Assembly: GCA_965644495.1 (NCBI GenBank)
Contig: CBFFSA010000010.1
Span: 558,001-622,000 of the forward strand
Reading direction: 5' to 3'
Source: Perkinsela sp. CCAP 1560/9
Taxonomy: Eukaryota; Protista; Euglenozoa: Kinetoplastea
Length of the DNA: 64,000 bases
Below, piece after piece: positions 58,321 to 64,000 of the stretch (positions are counted from its first letter, which is position 1; each line of letters starts with the position of its first letter). Both the position numbers and the translations under genes were made by a program. A model generated the notes under the pieces. That model had not been told where the DNA came from and searched no databases. It worked only from the letters and a program-made list of their open reading frames with translations.

Positions 58321-58617
58321 TGGCTGTTTTCAGCTTAGAAGGCTCGTGCTGCTTAGAAGGACTCGTGCTGCGCGCTTTGCGTTGAAAAGTAGGATGCCAT
58401 GAGAATATTTAACAATGCTCCTAAAAAATAAATCGTACGGCGAGAATGTCGTGGTTTCAGAACATGTCGCTATGAACAAGTGGGATTGGACACTCAAAAT
58501 GCCTAAAAGGTGTTGCCGAAGGCTTATTTTGATCATAATTTCGACAAAGAGAAGGCGAAGAATACAAATTACTGCGAAAATACACATTGTATGCTTAATG
58601 AAGCAAATTTATAATGA

Positions 58618-59397
58618 TCATCTTCTCTTTAAAATTTCCGTTTCAGAAATATCAAGGTTTTCGTTTACTTCGTACGCAGAGAAAAAGAGAAACGAGCGCG
58701 TCTTATCCCGCATCCGCTTCGGCATTAGCTTCGTGTGATATGTCCCAGTCAATCTCGGATTATTCGAAAGATCAAGCTGGAACAAATCTGAAGGCAAGTG
58801 GTCAAGATCGACAGTACCTTCAAAATCATTATCACACAAAGACAACGTATTTATTGTACGCGGAAGCGACGTAAGGAGCAAATTTCCTGTAAACGAGTTT
58901 GAATTCGCGAGAAAGGTATCCATCTTCCATGGCAAACACGTCAAATCCAGTCCTCCTTCCAATTTGTTATACGAAACATCGACGTGCAACAACAAAGCGG
59001 ACATCTCCGACAATTCAATGGTACCCACAAACCGATTGGCGTGAATGGAGAAGAATGTGAGTTCCCTGGGGAGCTCCTCAAAACTCACCCCTCCGAGTAG
59101 ATCATTGTCACTCAAGCGTAGGTTGGTGAGCGTGGAGGGGAGAGCCTTCCAGTGAAGCGTACCGCGAAGTGCGGAATGGGTCCCACAACTACCCCAAAAG
59201 ATCGACGTAACGACCCCGTCCTCTGCGCATGAGACACGAGCCCACTCGCAGGCTGCGGTGTCTGTGGTCCAACTCGGCTCCGGGTTCTCAATCTCTTGGA
59301 TGAACTCCGCGAGTTGATATTCTTGCGGTAACGCCGCACTGGGTTTACCCAGACGTGTGGAGGTGGCGTGGGAATCTACGGTAGGGAGGGCTTGCAT
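58618..59397 (-). CDS. Class I LRR protein
   Basis: TRLGKPSAALPQEYQL...AACEWARVSC plus LRRs; paralog of 56388-57173. Confidence 0.88.
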   Translation of the reverse strand: MQALPTVDSHATSTRLGKPSAALPQEYQLAEFIQEIENPEPSWTTDTAACEWARVSCAEDGVVTSIFWGSCGTHSALRGTLHWKALPSTLTNLRLSDNDLLGGVSFEELPRELTFFSIHANRFVGTIELSEMSALLLHVDVSYNKLEGGLDLTCLPWKMDTFLANSNSFTGNLLLTSLPRTINTLSLCDNDFEGTVDLDHLPSDLFQLDLSNNPRLTGTYHTKLMPKRMRDKTRSFLFFSAYEVNENLDISETEILKRR

Positions 59398-59799
59398 GAA
59401 CGGGTGTGATATACAGAAGAAAAATACGTGTGCAAAGTTTAGGATGTTGTGTACTGTAGGACATGTACACTTGACGCTACGGTAGCAGCGCTGCTGCTAT
59501 AGGCAATAAGCTAAAAATTGTTTGAAGGAAATCGCGAAAACAAAATCGGCGCCGCTTCCCGACGCCTGTTTTCTCCGACTGACAAATATGTAGGGGGGGG
59601 AGACAATTATGTAGGGTGGATAGTAATCATTTTACTTCCTCGCATTCTTCATGATTTCGTTCGATCAGTGATCGAAACTCAGTCGTGGTAACTGATGAGT
59701 GGGGCGCTTACCAACCACATGATGAATTATTTATTTAAAAGTTATGGACAAAGCAGACCCGACTAGCTTCAATCCCTTGGGAAACGGTTTGACCGATCC

Positions 59800-60476
59800 A
59801 AAAAAAGTGCAAATCATTCCGGATTGCTGCGGACGGTCACTGGCAAGCCAGACCCTTCAGACAGATCCGCAAGTTCAGAGGACGACGTCCTCTACCAGTT
59901 TCCGCTTGTCCAAGGCGGCACCAACGTGTTGCTACCAACACGATGCGTCGACGAATTGTACGCCAACACGACTCACCCAAGACGTGTAAGCCGGGTAAGG
60001 GAGCTGGTTCCTTGGGGGAAGGTCCGGGTCGATCCTCCGAGTACTGGGCCTAGTCAGTTCTCAGCCCAGCCTATTACCGTATAACCTCCCAGTAAGAGAG
60101 AGTACCCCCCCAGTAAGAGAGTTTTGGCCCTTTTTGGGCTGACCCCGAGTAAGAGAGATTTGGCTCGGGATCCCCACAGGAGGCGTATAGTGGGTAGGGG
60201 GTGGGTGTCTGCATGTTGAGGGCCTCGGGGGTAACCCAAATAAGCGTTTTAACACATTTTCAGAAGGAAGAATAGAAAAAATGGCAGAAAAAGTTGCGAG
60301 AAAAGAGGAAACTGTCCAAAAAAGTATACCCCCCAGTAAAAAAGATTTTGCCATTTCGACCCAAAACTCATTCTCTTACTGGGGGGTATACGGCATGCGA
60401 TGAGCTGGTCTCGAACTCGCCCTCTGAGTACCATGTGCTTCAAACTACATGTATGAGTTCTTGCCCCTTCGCTCCC
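59800..60476 (-). mobile_element. SINE A subfamily copy carrying an internal MITE
   Basis: Head with B box GAGTTCGAGACC, SINE A body and T tail. Confidence 0.8.
60077..60393. mobile_element. pogo-type MITE inside the SINE
   Basis: TA|CCGTATAACCTCCCAGTAAGAGA ... TCTCTTACTGGGGGGTATACGG|CA. Confidence 0.8.
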
Positions 60477-61211
60477 TTATGATAATGGAGTAACGAGGGG
60501 GGGGGCAACCCGATAGTCGACGTGCTGATCTCGAAGCCGAACCGCCCCAACCTGGGGGTACTCCCTGGCGGTGCTCCCGGGTAAGGAGGTTTCAGGTGTG
60601 TTTCCACCTGAAACTCTGCGCGGTGCAATATACTCTACGCGGTGCCAATCCACGCGGCGAGCGTATGTGACAATTTTCTCAGCAAATCAGCGGAAGACAA
60701 AATAGACATCATATGGAACCTACTGTTGGCAGTCTCAACAACAATTGGTCAGAGAGCTCCGGATGCGGGCCCATTTAGAATGGTCAGAAATATCCGCCCA
60801 CATACCTTGCCAGGCCAACGCAGCCCCCATGTCGGCCCGAAAGAGCGCTGTGGAACTGATCAGGGCGGGGGGGGCGAATTTCAGAACAGAAGCATTATAT
60901 ACCCCCCCCTCTCAATTAAAGTAAAACGCATGCCAGATGAATAAAATGAGTCAAAAATACTTTTTTAAAGCCTGTAACATATGCCCAACGTTTCTTTCAA
61001 ACGAAACAGAGAAACCAAAAAAAAATTATTTTACCCTATTTTGGTGCATTCTCACCCATCTTGACCCAGAATTTCTTTCACATTTTATGCCCATTTTACA
61101 CTCGTCGAATTAATACGGCCAAACGACAAGCCAAACGACAAGCGAGGCGGAATTCTGAAAAAAATCATTTTCGAAAGAATCCTCATCATTGCACTCATCA
61201 TCCTCATCACG

Positions 61212-61835
61212 CTAGACCTCTCGAAATAAACATCCATTCGATACCGTGATGTTTGTACGCCGAACGTCGTAGCTCAAACTCGGACTGCACATTCCCACAT
61301 CGAACGCACCTTTGAGGTCACTGTTCCAAGACAGCGTCAGCTCGGACAAACCTGTTGGAAGTAACGAAAAATCTACGATGCCAAAAAACTGATTGCTTTG
61401 AACGTCAAAAACCTCCAATGAAGGTGGAAGTCGCAAAAGGACGAGATTACCTGTTAACTTATTGTAATACAGATAAATGTATACGAGAGATGGGGGAAAC
61501 ATCTCTAGTGGAAGTTCACCACGAAGATGGGCTTTCATCACCTCTAGAGACTCTAAATTTGGCGGCAAATATTTCCAATTTAACGATCCTAAATCTGCAA
61601 AACGCCAGCTTATTGCTTTAACTCGTTTCTTCTCACAACATTCAATGCCATACCACTCACAGACAGGTGTGTTGGTGTCCCAGGTACGATGCTTTTTATC
61701 TGCGCTTTCAACAAGTCTTGCCAAATTGTATTCTTGCGGTACGGAAACAGACCTTATTTTCGCTGCCCGGGGATGCGTTGAAGAGTGTACATCCGATGCA
61801 CGTAGCGGACATATCATTAAAAAGGAGTAAGTCAT
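61212..61835 (-). CDS. Class I LRR protein (acidic tail cut off by TAG)
   Basis: PRAAKIRSVSVPQEYNL...TPVCEWYGIEC; in-frame RDEDDECNDED follows the stop. Confidence 0.85.
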   Translation of the reverse strand: MTYSFLMICPLRASDVHSSTHPRAAKIRSVSVPQEYNLARLVESADKKHRTWDTNTPVCEWYGIECCEKKRVKAISWRFADLGSLNWKYLPPNLESLEVMKAHLRGELPLEMFPPSLVYIYLYYNKLTGNLVLLRLPPSLEVFDVQSNQFFGIVDFSLLPTGLSELTLSWNSDLKGAFDVGMCSPSLSYDVRRTNITVSNGCLFREV

Positions 61836-62038
61836 TGAACTTTGAAACGCTGTAAAGAAATTGGAAGAGGTGTTGAATAAATTGCTCGGTCAAGGGAACT
61901 ACTGTACCTAGTTATCTGCCGCTTTTTTTTGCGCAATTTCTTTTAAGAAAAATAAAAAAAAGTATTCTGAAAAAAAGCGTGATGAAAAAAAAATCGGTCT
62001 GCTTACGAAAGCAAGGGTAAAAATAATAAAACAAAATA

Positions 62039-62294
62039 CTATACCCCCCCTGCTTATGAGTTCCCCGGTTTTGAGAAAAAGGAACTCTTAAGCATACCAG
62101 ATGATAACTGGATCCAAAACAAATATCCGCTCAGTGAACGAACCTGTAGAGCAGGCTGACGTAGAGTAGAAATTTATGACATTTTGTCACATGTAAAAAA
62201 AGGCTTCGCAAAATGTGGGTACAAAAGCATTCACCAGAAAAAGGAACTCATAAGCGTACCTGAGTAGGGGGAACTTATAAGCAGGGGGGCATAG
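62039..62294. mobile_element. pogo-type MITE
   Basis: TA|CTATACCCCCCTGCTTATGAG ... CTTATAAGCAGGGGGGCATAG|TA. Confidence 0.85.
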
Positions 62295-62869
62295 TACACG
62301 AAATTCAAAAACCTACCATCAAGAGGCTTTTTTAAATGGTTCATTCAGCTGCTACATTCAGCTGTATTCGCGTGTCTCCATAGGTTGCCAAAAAGAATGA
62401 AAGCGCAAAAAACGCTTCATGTGATTCCTTGATGATGGTTGGCATTCTTTAGAGCGCATAAATTACTTGTTCCAAGTTTTTGGTGATAGAGGCGGGAAAA
62501 ATGTTGAAAACCCCGTGAATACTATACGCGAATACGTAAATACTACTAAATACTATACTACATGAATACGTGAATACTAAAATCAAAGATTTTTTAGGTA
62601 TACATTACTATCGGACCAGGCCTCGGGGGGCCGATCGTATACCGCGGTTTCTCGGGACGCCACCCGCAGCCCCTCAAATATCAACTTTTAACAGGAAAAT
62701 TCGGAGAAGTATTAGTATTTTTCTAATCATTTCTCTAACAGTATCATTTATCTAACAGTAATCATTTATCTAACAGTAAACAAGGCCCCCGCCCCTCCAA
62801 TTTACACAGCCAATCAATCGAATACAATTGAACAATCAATCTAATTGCACACATCAAGTACGTACAGGA

Positions 62870-63592
62870 CTAATCCAAATCATCATGTACATGCATGTCC
62901 TCTTCATCTTCATCCTCATCAACGTCCTCATCTTCATACTCATCAACGTCATCTTCATCCACATCAAAGTAGAGCTCTCGAATTCGACATCCGTCCGAGA
63001 CTGTAATGTTTGTTTGCAGAAAGTCGTAATACAAATCAGGGCTGTGCATATCCACATCAAACGCACCTTCGAGTTCGCTGTTGCTCGACAGCTTTAGTTC
63101 CTCCAAAGTTGTCGGAAGTGATGAGAAATCGACGGTGCCATGGAAATGATTTTTTTCGACATCCAAGACCTCCAGTATGGGTGGGAGCTGGAGCAAGTCA
63201 AGATGACCGGTTAACTGATTCGCATACAAATATATTTGCGTTAGGTTCGGAGGAAACACTTCCAAGGGAAGTTCACCGCGAAGATGGCCATGTTGCATGC
63301 GAAAAGAAACTTAACTCTGTGGCAAATATTTCCAAACTAAGAATCCTAGGTTTTCAAAACACCAACTGAATTCTTTAACTTGATTCTTCTCGTCGCATTC
63401 AACGCCTTCCCACTCGCATGCAGGTGTGTCGGTGTTCCAGCTAGGGGGTCTTTCCTGCATATTTTGAATAAGTCTTATTAAATCGTACTCTTGCGGCACG
63501 GTAATAGAGCTCACCTTCGCTGCACAAGGACGACTTATAGATTGTTCCTCAGCTGCACGTAATGCACAGGCTAATGCACAGAACTCAAACAT
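62870..63592 (-). pseudogene. Class I LRR gene with acidic tail and one in-frame stop
   Basis: KYLPQS*VSFRMQHGHLRGEL; TAA at 63311-63313 where the paralog has Leu. Confidence 0.8.
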
Positions 63593-64000
63593 TTTTGTCA
63601 GGTGGCAAAAAGAAATCGGAATAAACAAAAGGTGTCTCTGTATGTGGCTATCTAAGTCTTGCAAAAAAAGCCAACTATCAATACTAAAAGAATAGGCTTC
63701 ACCTTTGTACGTACCACATGATACAGTAGCTACACAAGTATACCTCCCGATTGTCGCGTACATTTCATTTCGCGCAAGAGCTTTTCGTTTACCAAAGTCC
63801 GCGTTTTCTTTTTCATGAGGAAACACTACCGATTTTTTTTACAACCTTTATACTAAAAAAAATTATGACTTCTTATTTTTTAGACGCCCTCCCCTTTTTC
63901 TTCATCTTTTCTCTCTCCCCTCGGTTTCCTCTTGCAGAAACCGATCCAAGATATTCTTCTGATGGTAGGACTCGTTGGAGAAGCTGGCGCTGATCTGCAG

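Noticed and set aside
59674-59705. Hammerhead-like GAAAC-TCA-GTC...CTGATGA
   Set aside because: Stems I and II cannot form around the core.
61212-63313. Stop-codon reassignment or readthrough explaining in-frame stops in LRR genes
   Set aside because: The stops align to different residues (Leu TTA>TAA, Tyr TAC>TAG, Ser TCA>TAA at ~26091), each one substitution away, and TAA/TAG end intact genes; these are ordinary nonsense mutations.

Overview
Eukaryotic (protist) nuclear DNA with one 200-N assembly gap (5957-6156). Every recognisable host gene (about 16) is intronless and on the minus strand, and three loci carry a kinetoplastid-type spliced-leader (SL) exon/donor motif. This points to a kinetoplastid-like (possibly Perkinsela-like) genome, which is inference rather than proof. 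The host genes are an SMG7/EST1-family gene, two unknown proteins and a birth-and-death array of 13 small LRR genes or pseudogenes. The LRRs fall into two main classes: class I has a conserved R-x-x-K-V-R-G...P-x-E-Y-x-L leader, and class II ends in CaaX boxes and is losing the LRRNT cap cysteines. The intergenic DNA is densely nested with mobile elements: two tRNA-headed SINE families sharing a central domain, an RTE-like LINE with RNase H, CRE-clade, APE-type and DIRS/VIPER-like retroelement relics, Tc1 (D32E spacing), pogo, hAT, PIF/Harbinger and Merlin relics, many MITEs and a DINE-1/HINE-like family. The most unusual candidate system is a ~390-bp structured repeat headed by an SL exon plus GT donor. 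Two direct copies of it bracket a 6.1-kb LRR-bearing segment, which lies inside an 11-kb TIR-bounded element. All alignments and pairings were done by eye; no searches were run.
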